Assembly (NCBI GenBank): GCA_902773995.1
Contig: CACYGL010000003.1
Span: forward strand, 1,986-65,985
Source: an uncultured Coriobacteriaceae bacterium
Lineage (GTDB): Bacteria > Actinomycetota > Coriobacteriia > Coriobacteriales > Atopobiaceae
DNA: 64,000 nucleotides
Reading direction: 5' to 3'
In this document: positions 26,746 to 37,025 of the stretch, one piece after another
Position numbering within the stretch: the first letter of the stretch is position 1
Layout: each line of letters starts with the position of its first letter
Notes under the pieces: model-generated
Databases searched by the model: none
What the model was told of the DNA's origin: nothing
What the model saw: only the letters and a program-made list of their open reading frames with translations
Made by a program: the position numbers and the translations under genes

Positions 26746-27825
26746 CTACTCGTCGCCAAAGCTGATGCCCAAAAGCTTTGCCTCGCGCACGAGGTCGCAG
26801 TTGGGGTCGACGTACTTGAGCTTGCCGGCAACGTCCTCGAGTGGTACACGACACATCTTGCCGCCCACCTTGGCAATCATGTAGCCGTACTTGCCCTCGA
26901 GGCAGCCGCGCGCCGCCTCGACGCCGCACTGCGTGGCAAAGATGCGGTCCTGGGAGTCGGGCTGGCCGCCGCGCTGCGTGTGGCCGGGCACGGCCACACG
27001 AACCTCGCGGTCTGTTCTACGGGCGATCTCCTCGGCAATGTCATAGGCCACGGAGGGCTTCACGCGCTCGGCAACGAGCTTCTTGTAGTCCTTCTTCTTC
27101 ATGGCCGCCTGCTCCTTGGAGATGGCGCCCTCGGCGCAGACGATGATTGCAAAGCGTCCGCCGTTCTCCTCGCGCCTGTCGATGGCCTTGACCACGTTGT
27201 CCATGTCGTAGGGGATCTCGGGGATGAGGATGACGTCGGCGCCGCCAGCAACGCCTGCGTAGAGGGGAATCCAGCCAACCTTGTGGCCCATGATCTCGAT
27301 GACAAAGACGCGGCCGTGTGAGCTTGCCGTGGTGTGGATGTCATCGATGCAGCGCGTGGCCACGTCGGTCGCCGAGGTGAAGCCAAAGGTGAGGTCGGTT
27401 CCCCAGGTGTCGTTGTCGATGGTCTTGGGCAGCGCGATAACGTGCAGGCCCTCCTGCGAGAGGCGGTTGGCCGTCTTGGTTGAGCCATTGCCGCCCAGCA
27501 TGAAGAGGCAGTCGAGCTTGAGGTTCTTGTAGGTGCGCTTCATGGCGGGCACCTTCACGGTGCCGTCGGCCTCGGGGACGTCGAGCAGCTTGAAGGGCGT
27601 GCGGCTGGTGCCGAGCACGGTGCCACCCTGCGTGAGGAGGCCCGAGAAGTCGCCGGGCGTCATCTGGATGTAGCGGTTGTGAATAAGGCCCTGGTAGCCA
27701 TCGAGAAATCCGTAGATCTCAACGTTTTGCTTGGTGTTGTGCATGATGGTCTTGACGATTGCGCGCATGGTGGCGTTGAGCGCCTGGCAGTCGCCGCCGC
27801 TAGTGAGAAGGCCAATCCTCAACAT
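26746..27825 (-). CDS. pfkA: 6-phosphofructokinase
   Basis: ATG 27825 follows a GGAGAGGAAG RBS. Motifs MLRIGLLTSGGDCQALN, GGNGS, PKTIDND and MGHKVG are present. Confidence 0.88.
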   Translation of the reverse strand: MLRIGLLTSGGDCQALNATMRAIVKTIMHNTKQNVEIYGFLDGYQGLIHNRYIQMTPGDFSGLLTQGGTVLGTSRTPFKLLDVPEADGTVKVPAMKRTYKNLKLDCLFMLGGNGSTKTANRLSQEGLHVIALPKTIDNDTWGTDLTFGFTSATDVATRCIDDIHTTASSHGRVFVIEIMGHKVGWIPLYAGVAGGADVILIPEIPYDMDNVVKAIDRREENGGRFAIIVCAEGAISKEQAAMKKKDYKKLVAERVKPSVAYDIAEEIARRTDREVRVAVPGHTQRGGQPDSQDRIFATQCGVEAARGCLEGKYGYMIAKVGGKMCRVPLEDVAGKLKYVDPNCDLVREAKLLGISFGDE

Positions 27826-27944
27826 GATTCTTCCTCTCCTGTGGTCCGTCGCCCCTGACGGACGTCTGAGGAAAGTGTGGCACAAGTTGGCACTGCAGGT
27901 GGGGCCTGCCGTAAAAGGGGGCCGGCCCGGCGCGACCGTTGGAT

Positions 27945-27998
27945 GGGGCCGCGCCGGGCTTCGGGGCCGCGCCAGGCTTCGGAGCCGCGCCGGACCTG
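27945..27998. repeat. Three tandem copies of an 18-bp GC-rich unit
   Basis: The copies are GGGGCCGCGCCGGGCTTC, GGGGCCGCGCCAGGCTTC and GGAGCCGCGCCGGACCTG, in the pdxT-pfkA spacer. Confidence 0.8.
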
Positions 27999-28106
27999 CT
28001 GCCGGGTGCTACGGGGCAGGAATTCGACACCTAACAGCGTTCCTTCTCGTCAAAACGTACGAAAACAGCCCGACAGTCCCAGCGTCCGCCGTCTTACCGG
28101 CTTCTC

Positions 28107-28676
28107 TCACAGCGAGAGGAACAACTGGTGCAGCCTGAGGTCGTGATCGAGCTCGGGATGGAAGGCGACTCCCAGTTGGGCGCCCTGCCGTACGGCCACC
28201 ACGCTTCCGTCCACGCGAGCCAGCACCTGGACGTCCTCGCCTGCCTCCACCACGCGCGGCGCCCGGATGAAGGTCATAGGCACGTCTCGGCCAACGCTCG
28301 CAACATCTGCCACGCCATGGAAGCTTCCCAGCTGGCGGCCATAGGCGTTGCGCTCTACGGTCACGTCCATCGTGGCCAGGCGCGGTGTGCCCTTGTCGTC
28401 ATGCGCGGCAAGTCGCTGTGCCAAAAGGATGAGGCCGGCACAGGTCGCAAGCACGGGCATGCCGTCCTCGATGCGCTCGTGCAGGGGCTCAAGCATGCCA
28501 AGCTCCTCGAGGAGACGTCCCTGGACCGTGGATTCGCCTCCGGGTAGCACCAGGCGGTCGAACGGGCGCGAGAGGTCCTCTGCGCTGCGCAGCTCAAAGG
28601 ACCTCTCTCCAAGCTCTGCCAGGCGAGCCTCGTGCTCGGCAAAGGCCCCCTGCAGGGCGAGAACCGCTGTTGCCAT
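28107..28676 (-). CDS. pdxT: Pyridoxal 5'-phosphate synthase glutaminase subunit
   Basis: The [12 protein letters not shown] start overlaps the pdxS stop (TAATG). GGEST and the catalytic Cys in TCAG are present. Confidence 0.9.
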   Translation of the reverse strand: MATAVLALQGAFAEHEARLAELGERSFELRSAEDLSRPFDRLVLPGGESTVQGRLLEELGMLEPLHERIEDGMPVLATCAGLILLAQRLAAHDDKGTPRLATMDVTVERNAYGRQLGSFHGVADVASVGRDVPMTFIRAPRVVEAGEDVQVLARVDGSVVAVRQGAQLGVAFHPELDHDLRLHQLFLSL

Positions 28677-29593
28677 TACTTGCCCCTCTCGGCCATGAGC
28701 AGGTCTATCTCGTCCTTGTTGATGCCAACCATGGCCTCGCCGAGGTCTTCGGAGAGGGCTGCCACCTTCTCGGGGTCGTCGAAGTTGGTGACGGCGCCCA
28801 CGATGGCGCGGGCGCGCTTGGCCGGGTCGCCGCTCTTGAAGATACCCGAGCCCACAAAGACGCCCTCGGCGCCCAGCTGCATCATGAGCGCGGCGTCGGC
28901 GGGGGTGGCCACGCCGCCCGCGGCAAAGTTGACCACAGGGAGGCGTCCGTTCTCGTGCACAAAGCGCACGAGCTCGACGGGCACCTGCAGGTGCTTGGCC
29001 TCCTCGAAGAGCTCGTCTGAGCGCAGGCTCACCACGTGGCGAATCTGCGCGTTGATGAGGCGCATGTGGCTTACGGCCTGCACCACGTCGCCTGTGCCAG
29101 GCTCACCCTTGGTGCGGATCATCGACGCTCCCTCGGCAATGCGGCGCAGCGCCTCGCCCAGGTCGCGCGCGCCGCAGACGAAGGGCACCGCGAACTGGGT
29201 CTTGTCGATGTGGTAGATGTCGTCGGCGGGGGAGAGGACCTCGGACTCATCGATGTAGTCGATATCGATGGCCTGGAGCACCTGGGCCTCCACAAAGTGG
29301 CCAATGCGGCACTTGGCCATCACGGGGATGGAGACCGCCGCCTGGATGCCCTTGATCATGTGGGGGTCGCTCATGCGGCTTACGCCACCCGCCGCGCGGA
29401 TGTCGGCGGGGATGCGCTCGAGCGCCATGACGGCGCAGGCGCCGGCTTCCTCGGCAATGCGTGCCTGCTCAGGGGTCGTGACGTCCATAATGACGCCGCC
29501 TTTGAGCATCTGCGCAAGCTCGCGGTTGAGCTTGGCGCGCTCCGGTCCGGGCGTTGGCACGATGGTCTTCTTATCCCTCTCGTCCTGTGCCAT
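28676..29593 (-). CDS. pdxS: Pyridoxal 5'-phosphate synthase lyase subunit
   Basis: ATG 29593 follows an [19 protein letters not shown] and GVSRMSDP motifs are present. The 802-aa ORF in the track is an artefactual upstream extension antisense to pdxR. Confidence 0.92.
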   Translation of the reverse strand: MAQDERDKKTIVPTPGPERAKLNRELAQMLKGGVIMDVTTPEQARIAEEAGACAVMALERIPADIRAAGGVSRMSDPHMIKGIQAAVSIPVMAKCRIGHFVEAQVLQAIDIDYIDESEVLSPADDIYHIDKTQFAVPFVCGARDLGEALRRIAEGASMIRTKGEPGTGDVVQAVSHMRLINAQIRHVVSLRSDELFEEAKHLQVPVELVRFVHENGRLPVVNFAAGGVATPADAALMMQLGAEGVFVGSGIFKSGDPAKRARAIVGAVTNFDDPEKVAALSEDLGEAMVGINKDEIDLLMAERGK

Positions 29594-29684
29594 GTGTGGT
29601 CCTCCTTGCGTTGGCGTGTTCGTGTGGCTACGTAGCCTAGACGCGATGTGGCAATATTGAAATGTCCAGAACGTGATAGATTGA

Positions 29685-29729
29685 TAAGACCAACTTAAGG
29701 CCAGTTTTACAAAACCGGTAAGGCCAGTT
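29685..29729. promoter_or_regulatory. Candidate PdxR operator: direct repeats TAAGGCCAGTT
   Basis: TAAGGCCAGTT occurs at 29696-29706 and 29719-29729 (23-bp spacing). A degenerate TAAGACCAACTT lies at 29685-29696. All sit in the divergent pdxS/pdxR spacer. Confidence 0.45.
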
Positions 29730-29746
29730 GCTGAGAGGGGCTTCGC

Positions 29747-31186
29747 ATGCAGGGCATAGACCTCACCGGGCGAGGAGAGCTTCCCCTCTATGAGTACCTC
29801 TACCGGTGCATTCGCGACCAAGTGGTGACGGGCCAGGTTGCCGCAGACGAGCGTCTGCCCTCGCGGCGCACCCTGGCGGAGCGGCTGGGCGTGAGTGTGG
29901 TCACCGTGGAGGGTGCCTATGCACAGCTGGTTGCTGAAGGGTATGTGGTCGCCCGGCCACGTCGCGGCTACTACGCTGCGAGTCTGCCCTCTCTGCCCAA
30001 TGCGACTGCGGCGATGCCTGTGACCGCAGTCTCTGCGCATGCTGCTAAGGCGGGGCTGGAAGACAAACGCGCCGCAGGTAGCGTGCCGTATGACCTTACG
30101 CGTGGTGCCAGCGTTGCCTCGCCTGGAGCGGCCCGGCTCTGGGAGCGGGCGTTGCGTGACGTGCTTGCCCACGAGTCCGATGCCGTGCTTTACCGCACAC
30201 CGCCCGCACGTGGCGTGCCCCGCCTTCGCGAGGCGATCGCCGCGCACCTCGCGCGCTCGCGGGGGATGTCGGTCGACCCCAGTCTTGTAGTAGTGGGTGC
30301 CGGCGCGCAGACGCTCTATGGGCTTGTCGCGCAGCTCTTGCGTGAGGGCGGATCGGTTGGCGTGGAGGACCCCGGTTACGCGCGTGCAAGCGAGACCTAT
30401 CGCGCACATGGGCTTGATGTGCGCTACCTGCCGCTTGATGGGGAAGGCATCTCGGTGCGGGCCTTGAGGGGGTCTGATGCCACCGTGGCGCACGTGATGC
30501 CCTCTCACCAGTTTCCCACCGGCCGTGTGATGAGCGTGGCACGCCGCTACGAGTTTCTTGGCTGGGCTGCCGAGAAGGACGGTCGCTACGTTGTCGAGGA
30601 TGACTACGACTGCGAGCTGCGCCTTGCCGGTCGGCCCATTCCAGCGCTTGCGAGCATTGATGCCACGGGTAGCGTGATCTATCTCAATACGTTCTCGAAG
30701 AGTCTCTCCTCGGCACTGCGCATTGCCTACCTGGTGTTGCCGGCCTCGCTCGATGCTGCCTTTGACGAGCGCCTTGGGTTCCTCTCGACTACGGTGCCCG
30801 CCATCGACCAGGTGGCGCTTGCGCAGGCACTGGAGTCTGGCGCGTACGAACGGCATGTGGCGCGCTATCGACGCGACATGCGCGAGGTGCGCGATGCGCT
30901 GGCAGAGGGGCTTCTCGACGGACCTGCTGGGCAGCGTATTCGCATCGAGGAGGCAGATTCCGGGATTCACTTTGTGCTGGCCGTAGAGGACGACGGCCGG
31001 GGAGAGGCCGGCATTGCCGCTGCGGCTCGCGAGGCGGGCGTGGGGCTGTCGCCGCTCTCGTCGTTCGCACGGGTTGCCGAGCACGCTGGGACCCCAGACG
31101 GTTTCGCCAGGTTTGTGGTGCAGTACGACGGTCTTTCCGCAGGTGAGGCTTGCGCTGCCGCCAAGGCGCTGGGGGGCGTCCTATAG
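29747..31186 (+). CDS. pdxR: MocR/GabR-type GntR-aminotransferase fusion regulator, PdxR-like
   Basis: An N-terminal GntR wHTH ([25 protein letters not shown]) is joined to a fold-type I aminotransferase domain. The gene is divergent from pdxST. Confidence 0.8.
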   Translation: MQGIDLTGRGELPLYEYLYRCIRDQVVTGQVAADERLPSRRTLAERLGVSVVTVEGAYAQLVAEGYVVARPRRGYYAASLPSLPNATAAMPVTAVSAHAAKAGLEDKRAAGSVPYDLTRGASVASPGAARLWERALRDVLAHESDAVLYRTPPARGVPRLREAIAAHLARSRGMSVDPSLVVVGAGAQTLYGLVAQLLREGGSVGVEDPGYARASETYRAHGLDVRYLPLDGEGISVRALRGSDATVAHVMPSHQFPTGRVMSVARRYEFLGWAAEKDGRYVVEDDYDCELRLAGRPIPALASIDATGSVIYLNTFSKSLSSALRIAYLVLPASLDAAFDERLGFLSTTVPAIDQVALAQALESGAYERHVARYRRDMREVRDALAEGLLDGPAGQRIRIEEADSGIHFVLAVEDDGRGEAGIAAAAREAGVGLSPLSSFARVAEHAGTPDGFARFVVQYDGLSAGEACAAAKALGGVL

Positions 31187-31765
31187 GCCGAGCTGGGACC
31201 TTACCTGCGGGAACGGCAGAACGCTGGACTGCCCCAGGGTGTGTTCGCCCAGGTCGCGCTCCATCCATACCGTGTCGTACCAGCGGCCAAACTTGTAGCC
31301 GCACTTGGTGAAGCGACCAATCTCGCGGTAGCCGAGCCGCGTGTGGAAGGTGACGCTCCCGTTGTCGAGGTGGGCGTCCGGCGTGCTGGTTGTGGCAATG
31401 CAGGCGTACAGGTTGAGGATGCCCTGGGCAGCGAGCACTCGCTCGAGCTCCTGGTAGAGCGCGCGGCCAACGCCGCGGCCACGGGCGCTACGGTCTACGT
31501 AGATGGAGGTCTCGACGCACCACGCATACGCGGCCCGCCCGTAGTAGGGGCTTGCGTAGGCGTATCCCAGCGCGGTGCCCGCGGCGTCGTGCGCAATCAG
31601 CCAGGGGTGCGTGGCGCCGATCCTCTCGATGCGTGCGGACATCTCCTGGGCGCTGGGGGCATCGTACTCAAAGGTGATTGCGGTGTCCCGCACGTAGGGG
31701 GCGTAGATGGCGGCAATGTCTGCGGCGTCTGCGCTGGTGGCAACAGTGATGCGAAGCTGGCCCAT
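31181..31765 (-). CDS. GNAT N-acetyltransferase (phosphinothricin acetyltransferase-like)
   Basis: The acetyl-CoA motif RGRGVGRALY is present and the layout is PAT-family-like. Confidence 0.75.
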   Translation of the reverse strand: MGQLRITVATSADAADIAAIYAPYVRDTAITFEYDAPSAQEMSARIERIGATHPWLIAHDAAGTALGYAYASPYYGRAAYAWCVETSIYVDRSARGRGVGRALYQELERVLAAQGILNLYACIATTSTPDAHLDNGSVTFHTRLGYREIGRFTKCGYKFGRWYDTVWMERDLGEHTLGQSSVLPFPQVRSQLGL

Positions 31766-31974
31766 GGGTTCCTCCTCCTGGTGTTAGAGCCAACTATAAC
31801 GATGAGGGGCAGTGAGGGCTTGCGACGGCAGCGGCCATCCGTTCTCACGCCGACGCTCCTCTGTGATAAAGTGCGCTCACGGATGCCTGCCCTTGCGGGG
31901 GCGGTGTCTGGGTGACAATGGGTGCACGCGTCGGAGGTCCAGCCGGCGCAAATTGGCTCGAAAGGCGGTATGGC

Positions 31975-33321
31975 ATGGCAGACGAGCACGACGGCACGGC
32001 GGCTACCGGCAACGCGGAGGCGGCGGACGTTACGTACCTCCCGCACGAGAAGCTCGAGGAGATGCAGCTTGAGGGAGTGCGCCGCACGTTGGTCAACTGC
32101 TACGAGCATATCCCGTTCTATAAGCGCTCCTTCGACGAGGCGGGCTTTGATCCCTATCACCTGGCCTCTCTTGATGACCTGACCAACGCGCCCTTCGTGA
32201 CCAAGCAGGACCTTCGCGACGCCGCGCCCTACGGCATGCTTGCCGTGCCCCTCTCTGACGTGCGCGAGATTCACATGTCGTCTGGCACCACTGGCGTGGC
32301 CACGCTTGGCGCCTATACCCAGCATGACCTCGACTTCTGGGCAGACTGCTTTGCGCGCGGCATTCGCTACGCGGGCGGCGGTGCCAACGACGTGGTGCAG
32401 GTTGCCTACGGCTACGGCCTCTTCACGGGCGGCCTTGGCGCCCACTACGGCGCCCTCGCCTCTGGCGCAACGGTGATTCCCACCTCTGCCGGCAACACCG
32501 AGCGTCAGATTCGCATCCTGCGCGAGATGGGCACCACGATCCTCTGCTGCACGCCCAGCTACGCCATGCACATTGCCGATACTGCGCTCGAAATGGGCCT
32601 TGACCCCTCCCGCGACTTCCACCTCAAGGCGGGCATCCACGGCGCCGAGCCCTTCTCGGACAACTTCCGCGCCGAGCTCGAGCGCAAGCTCGACTACAAG
32701 GTGCTCGACATCTACGGCCTCACCGAGACCATGGGCCCCGGCGTGGCATGCGAGTGCCTCGAGCAGGACGGCCTTCACCTGGCCGAGGATCACTTCTTTG
32801 CTGAGATCATCGACCCGGCCACCGGTAAGCGCCTGCCCGATGGCGAGTGGGGCGAGCTCGTCCTCACCACGCTCGACCGCGAGGCGTCGCCCGTCGTGCG
32901 CTACCGCACGCGCGACATTACGCGCATCCTGCCTGGCGAGTGCCCCTGCGGCTGCACGCACAAGCGCATCGACCGCCTGCACGGCCGCACCGACGACATG
33001 CTCATCATCCGCGGCGTGAACGTCTTCCCATCGCAGATTGAGGACGTCATGAAGACCTTCGACCAGGTCTCCAGCTGGTACCAGATCGAGGTTGGCACCG
33101 ACGAGCGCTCGCTGGACGTGGTCACGCTCAAGGCCGAGGCAAATCCCGACTTCGACTTTGACCAGACCGGTGCCATCGAGGCACTGCAGCGTCAGATTTC
33201 CGCGCGCCTCAAGACCGACCTCTCCGTTGGCATCAAGGTTCGTATCGTCGAGCCCAAGTCCATCTCGCGCAGCACCGGTAAGGCAAAGCGCGTAATCGAC
33301 ACGAGGAAGGGGATTAAGTGA
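31975..33321 (+). CDS. Phenylacetate--CoA ligase family adenylate-forming enzyme
   Basis: ATG 31975 is the likely start. MSSGTTG and the PaaK-like N-terminus (YEHIPFYKRSFDEAGF) are present. Confidence 0.8.
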   Translation: MADEHDGTAATGNAEAADVTYLPHEKLEEMQLEGVRRTLVNCYEHIPFYKRSFDEAGFDPYHLASLDDLTNAPFVTKQDLRDAAPYGMLAVPLSDVREIHMSSGTTGVATLGAYTQHDLDFWADCFARGIRYAGGGANDVVQVAYGYGLFTGGLGAHYGALASGATVIPTSAGNTERQIRILREMGTTILCCTPSYAMHIADTALEMGLDPSRDFHLKAGIHGAEPFSDNFRAELERKLDYKVLDIYGLTETMGPGVACECLEQDGLHLAEDHFFAEIIDPATGKRLPDGEWGELVLTTLDREASPVVRYRTRDITRILPGECPCGCTHKRIDRLHGRTDDMLIIRGVNVFPSQIEDVMKTFDQVSSWYQIEVGTDERSLDVVTLKAEANPDFDFDQTGAIEALQRQISARLKTDLSVGIKVRIVEPKSISRSTGKAKRVIDTRKGIK

Positions 33322-33749
33322 TGATCAAGCAGATTTCGGTCTTTCTTGAGAACGACAAGGGCCGTCTGGCCGCGCTCTGCCGCTGCCTGGCGGACGCGGG
33401 CGTCAACATGAGCGCCCTCTCGATTGCCGATACCCCGGAGTACGGGCTGGTACGCATCGTGTGCAACGAGGCCGACAAGGCCAAGGCGGCGCTCGACGCC
33501 GCCGGCTATCGAGCCCGTGTGACCAAGGTCACGGCCGTTGCCGTGCCCAATCGACCGGGCGGCCTGGCCGAGCTCCTCGAGACCCTGGACGACGCTGACA
33601 TCTCGGTGGAGTACGGGTATTGCTTCTCGCACCAGGACGGCAACGCAATCTTTGCCCTCAAGGTGACAGATTCGGCGCAGGCGGCCGAGGCGGTCTTTGC
33701 CATCGAGCGCGCCGGCTTCCAGATCCTGGAGGAGGGCGAGCTGGACTAG
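33318..33749 (+). CDS. ACT domain-containing protein
   Basis: The start overlaps the ligase stop. Two ACT-like beta-alpha-beta-beta-alpha-beta repeats are present. This is the usual partner of PaaK-like ligases. Confidence 0.7.
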   Translation: MMIKQISVFLENDKGRLAALCRCLADAGVNMSALSIADTPEYGLVRIVCNEADKAKAALDAAGYRARVTKVTAVAVPNRPGGLAELLETLDDADISVEYGYCFSHQDGNAIFALKVTDSAQAAEAVFAIERAGFQILEEGELD

Positions 33750-33835
33750 CTTTTGCCCTGGGCGTCGCTGTTCTTCTCGCATCCGGCGGTCCTTGTCGCC
33801 GGAGGGCGCAGTATGTTGCAACTCCATTCAAAACA

Positions 33836-33868
33836 GGCCCTCCGGAGACAATTGGTCTCCGGAGGGCC
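33836..33868. terminator. Bidirectional hairpin between the ACT gene and mtnP
   Basis: GGCCCTCCGGAGAC-AATTG-GTCTCCGGAGGGCC, a 14-bp perfect stem. Confidence 0.7.
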
Positions 33869-33939
33869 GTCGTTGTTGCGCCCTGCATCATTTGGAGGCT
33901 TCCGGCGACAAATTAAAGGCCGTGTGTCGCCGTGGAGTT

Positions 33940-34752
33940 CTACAGGCGCTCGAAGAGTGCTGCGCTTCCCGTGCAGTCGTTGTCGATGGTGGCGGGCAGT
34001 GCCGGCACCATGGCCTCGATGAGCTTGCGCAGCAGGTGGAGGTTCTCGTTGAAGACGCGCAGCACGTCGTCATTGGTGACGGCGGCATACTTGCCCAGGC
34101 CGGAGTCGTAGTCGGTGACCAGGCTCACGTTCACGTAGTGCATGCCCAGCTCGCGTGCAAGCCACGCCTCGGGGTACTGCGTCATGTTCACCACCGACCA
34201 GCCCATCTTCTGGAACCACTCGCTCTCTGCGGTGGTCGAGAAGCGCGGCCCCTGGATGGTGACCACGGTGCCGCCGTCGTGCACGGGAATGCCCAGCTCG
34301 CGGCACTTGTCGACGGCAACCTTGCGCATGGTCTCGCAGTAGGGGTGCGCGGCAGAGAGGTGCTGCACGCCCAGGCCAAGGTCGTGCGTAAAGAACGTGT
34401 CGGCGCGACCCTTGGTTCTGTCAACGAACTGGTCGCAGATCACAAAGTCGCCGGGGTGGATGTCAAGCGAGAGGGACCCCACCGAGCAGGGCCCAATGAC
34501 CTGCTTCACGCCAAGCTCGTGCATGCCCCAGAGGTTGGCACGGTAGTTGACCTCGCCGGGGGCAAAGGTGTGCTTGTGGCCGTGGCGGGGGAGAAACGCC
34601 ACCTTGCGGCCGCCGATGGTCCCCACGGTGTAGACGTCGGAGGGCTGGCCCCAGCGCGTGTCGAGGGAGACCTCCTCGTAATCGCCCTCAAAGAGGCTGT
34701 AGAACCCGGATCCGCCAAAGATGCCAATCTCTGCCTGCGGAAGCTCTGCCAT
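33940..34752 (-). CDS. mtnP: S-methyl-5'-thioadenosine phosphorylase
   Basis: ATG 34752 follows an AAGGAG RBS. GIFGGSGFY, FLPRHG and NMT motifs are present. Confidence 0.85.
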   Translation of the reverse strand: MAELPQAEIGIFGGSGFYSLFEGDYEEVSLDTRWGQPSDVYTVGTIGGRKVAFLPRHGHKHTFAPGEVNYRANLWGMHELGVKQVIGPCSVGSLSLDIHPGDFVICDQFVDRTKGRADTFFTHDLGLGVQHLSAAHPYCETMRKVAVDKCRELGIPVHDGGTVVTIQGPRFSTTAESEWFQKMGWSVVNMTQYPEAWLARELGMHYVNVSLVTDYDSGLGKYAAVTNDDVLRVFNENLHLLRKLIEAMVPALPATIDNDCTGSAALFERL

Positions 34753-35022
34753 GCGTGACTCCTTTCGAATGCGGTGCATATGCCCTCGTACATTGTAGGG
34801 TGGTGGCTTCGTCCCGTCACGCGGACCAGCGTGGACGCCGCCGGTAGCACGGGGGCACCAATCAATACAATTCATATATGGAACAGTACATCAAAATGTA
34901 TTTTACCTATCCATTAGCCAATCCTACTATCAAGACTGAAAGGCGGCGCGCCCCACGACGTGCTGCACAGGGACAGCAACTCGGTGTTGCCGTCCAACCG
35001 CATGTCGTTTTAGGAGGCAACA

Positions 35023-35277
35023 ATGATTCTCGGAATGGGTGTTCCCGAGCTTCTCGTCATCCTCTTGGTCGCCCTGATCATCTTTGGGCCCAAGAACCTG
35101 CCCAAGCTCGGCTCCGCCATCGGCAAGACCGTCAAGAACGTGCGCGAGGGCATGGAAGAGGGCAGCGACGACAAGGACGTTGCCAAGGCCAAGAAGTCCA
35201 GCTCCTCCGAGAACGTCGAGGAGGTTGTCGCCGATCCCGACGACGCCGACGCGGACGTTGCCACCAGCGCCAAGTAA
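35023..35277 (+). CDS. tatA: Twin-arginine translocase TatA/TatE family subunit
   Basis: The sequence MGVPELLVILLVALIIFGPKNLPKLG is followed by an acidic tail. Confidence 0.88.
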   Translation: MILGMGVPELLVILLVALIIFGPKNLPKLGSAIGKTVKNVREGMEEGSDDKDVAKAKKSSSSENVEEVVADPDDADADVATSAK

Positions 35278-35332
35278 CCCTGGTTTCCCTTTCCCCAGGC
35301 CGGACGGCCTCCTTCCTCCGTTCGGCCAGTTC

Positions 35333-36199
35333 CTACCCCAGATCGCCGAGAAGAGCCAAGCACCTCTGTGCAAGCGGTGACATGTAACGGTCTGCCTTCC
35401 AGACCACCGCCTGCCGGGTTGACAAGCCCTTCTCGGCGATCACCTTTATGAAGCAATCGCCCGTGTCGGTGACGGGGAGCAGCGTCTCGGGCACGAGGGC
35501 AACGCCCATGCCGCCACGCGCCCAGGTGCAGGCCGTGCGCTCGTCGTCGACCATGCAGCTTACGGCTAGCTCTGCCTTGGCCTCATCGAACGCGGCGCGC
35601 ACCTGCTCTTCAAGGCGACGCGCGAGCACCACCGGCACGCCCGAGAGCTGCGCGCAGGTGACTTCCATCTCCGAGCCCACCTCAAGCGCGGGCGGCATGA
35701 TGGCAAGCATGCGCTCCGTCTTTGCGTAGCGGCAGCGCAGACCGGCGCTCGCGAACGGCGTGCGCACCACGCCGATGTCCACCACACCCCCCTCGAGCAT
35801 CTCGAGCACCTGCGGTGTGTCCCCCTCGCGGAGTTCCACCGACACGTTGGGTGCGGCCGCAAGCTCGGCGAGCCTCGTGCCCGGCACCGATCCCGCGCAT
35901 GAGGCGTCGACCCCAAGCGTGAGCACGCCGGTCATGCCCTTGCCCACACCTTCGACGTCGCGCTTCGTGGCCTGCGTGAGCGCAAGGATGCGCGTGGCCC
36001 GCTCGTAGAGGAGCTTGCCCGCGTCCGTGAGCGTGGCCGAGCGCGGCCCCCTGCGCACGAGCGTGGTTCCCAGCTCGCGCTCCAGTTGCGCCAGCTCGTA
36101 CGAGAGAGGCGGCTGCGAGATGTGCAGGCGACGCGCAGCCGCCGTGATCTGGTGCTCCTCGGCTATGGCGACGAAGTACTCCAGTTGCTTGAGATTCAT
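35333..36199 (-). CDS. LysR family transcriptional regulator
   Basis: The start MNLKQLEYFVAIAEEHQITAAARRLHISQPPLS is an HTH, followed by a LysR substrate-binding domain. Confidence 0.88.
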   Translation of the reverse strand: MNLKQLEYFVAIAEEHQITAAARRLHISQPPLSYELAQLERELGTTLVRRGPRSATLTDAGKLLYERATRILALTQATKRDVEGVGKGMTGVLTLGVDASCAGSVPGTRLAELAAAPNVSVELREGDTPQVLEMLEGGVVDIGVVRTPFASAGLRCRYAKTERMLAIMPPALEVGSEMEVTCAQLSGVPVVLARRLEEQVRAAFDEAKAELAVSCMVDDERTACTWARGGMGVALVPETLLPVTDTGDCFIKVIAEKGLSTRQAVVWKADRYMSPLAQRCLALLGDLG

Positions 36200-36404
36200 G
36201 CGTGCCTCCCGCGATATCTGCAAGCGCGCAGTCGCCTGGCGTGACGGCAGCGTGCGAACAAGTCATACGAGAATTGTATGGCGTTGACTTAGAACATGCA
36301 CGTGCAAGATGGATGTCCAAAGCGCAGCCCCGCGCCCATGGGTAGAATGTGGGCACGAAGGCCGCCGGGCGCATGCGCCGGCACACACGGAGGGTGAGGT
36401 CCAC

Positions 36405-36869
36405 ATGGCCCGCAACAGCGACAATTACCCCAGCTACGAGGTCCCCGGGGAGGACTTTGACCCAAAGCGCGAGGTCGAAGAGGCAATCGACGCTGGCGAG
36501 AAGGCCCTCGTGTGCCTCAATCGGGCGTCCAAGTGCCTAGACAGCGCGTCCGGGTGGGGCATGCTCGACATCTTTGGCGGGGGTCTTATCTCTGGTCTGG
36601 CCAAGCACCACCGCATCGACGAGGCACAGGACGCCCTGCGAGAGGCGCAGTCGTCCCTTGCGGTGTTCTCGCGTGAGCTCTCGGACGTCCGCGAGTTCTC
36701 TGGCCTCAAGGTGGACATTAGCCGTGGCTGGACCTTTGCGGACTTCTTCTTTGACGGCGCCATCTCGGACATCGTGGTGCAGAGCAAGATCGAGGACGCG
36801 CGCAACCGAGTGGACCATGCGCGCGACACTGTTCGGGACACCCTCGCGCGCCTGGAGAAGCTTCGCTAG
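36405..36869 (+). CDS. Hypothetical protein (154 aa)
   Basis: ATG follows a GGAGGGTGAGG RBS. I recognise no family. The gene is divergent from the LysR gene. Confidence 0.5.
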   Translation: MARNSDNYPSYEVPGEDFDPKREVEEAIDAGEKALVCLNRASKCLDSASGWGMLDIFGGGLISGLAKHHRIDEAQDALREAQSSLAVFSRELSDVREFSGLKVDISRGWTFADFFFDGAISDIVVQSKIEDARNRVDHARDTVRDTLARLEKLR

Positions 36870-37025
36870 GCGTCTTTGCACATCGAAAACGTGGCACTTA
36901 CGCTGGGCTAACGTCTTGTTCAAACAAGTTGTAGACGTTATGTGCAGTTAACGATGAAGCAACATATCGCTCCTACCCCGCGGGTACCGTATTCATCAGG
37001 AACACCGCTAGGAAAGGAGGATTCC

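Noticed and set aside
27800-28146. Small ORFs (76-135 aa) across the pdxT-pfkA spacer.
   Set aside because: They are translations of the 18-bp GC-rich tandem repeat (Pro/Gly/Ala/Arg repeats). They have no RBS and overlap on both strands.
29594-31084. The upstream 500 codons of the 802-aa ORF 28676..31084.
   Set aside because: Only the last 305 codons are PdxS, starting at ATG 29593 with an AAGGAGG RBS. The remainder is antisense to pdxR and is low-complexity Arg/Gly/His-rich sequence.
34753-34870. A SAM-type riboswitch (SAM-VI or SAM-IV like) in the mtnP leader.
   Set aside because: GGGCAUAUGCACCGCAUUCGAAAGGAG next to the RBS faintly recalls SAM-VI. I cannot reproduce the conserved helices or core nucleotides from memory. 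It is worth including in an Rfam scan but is not supportable by eye.
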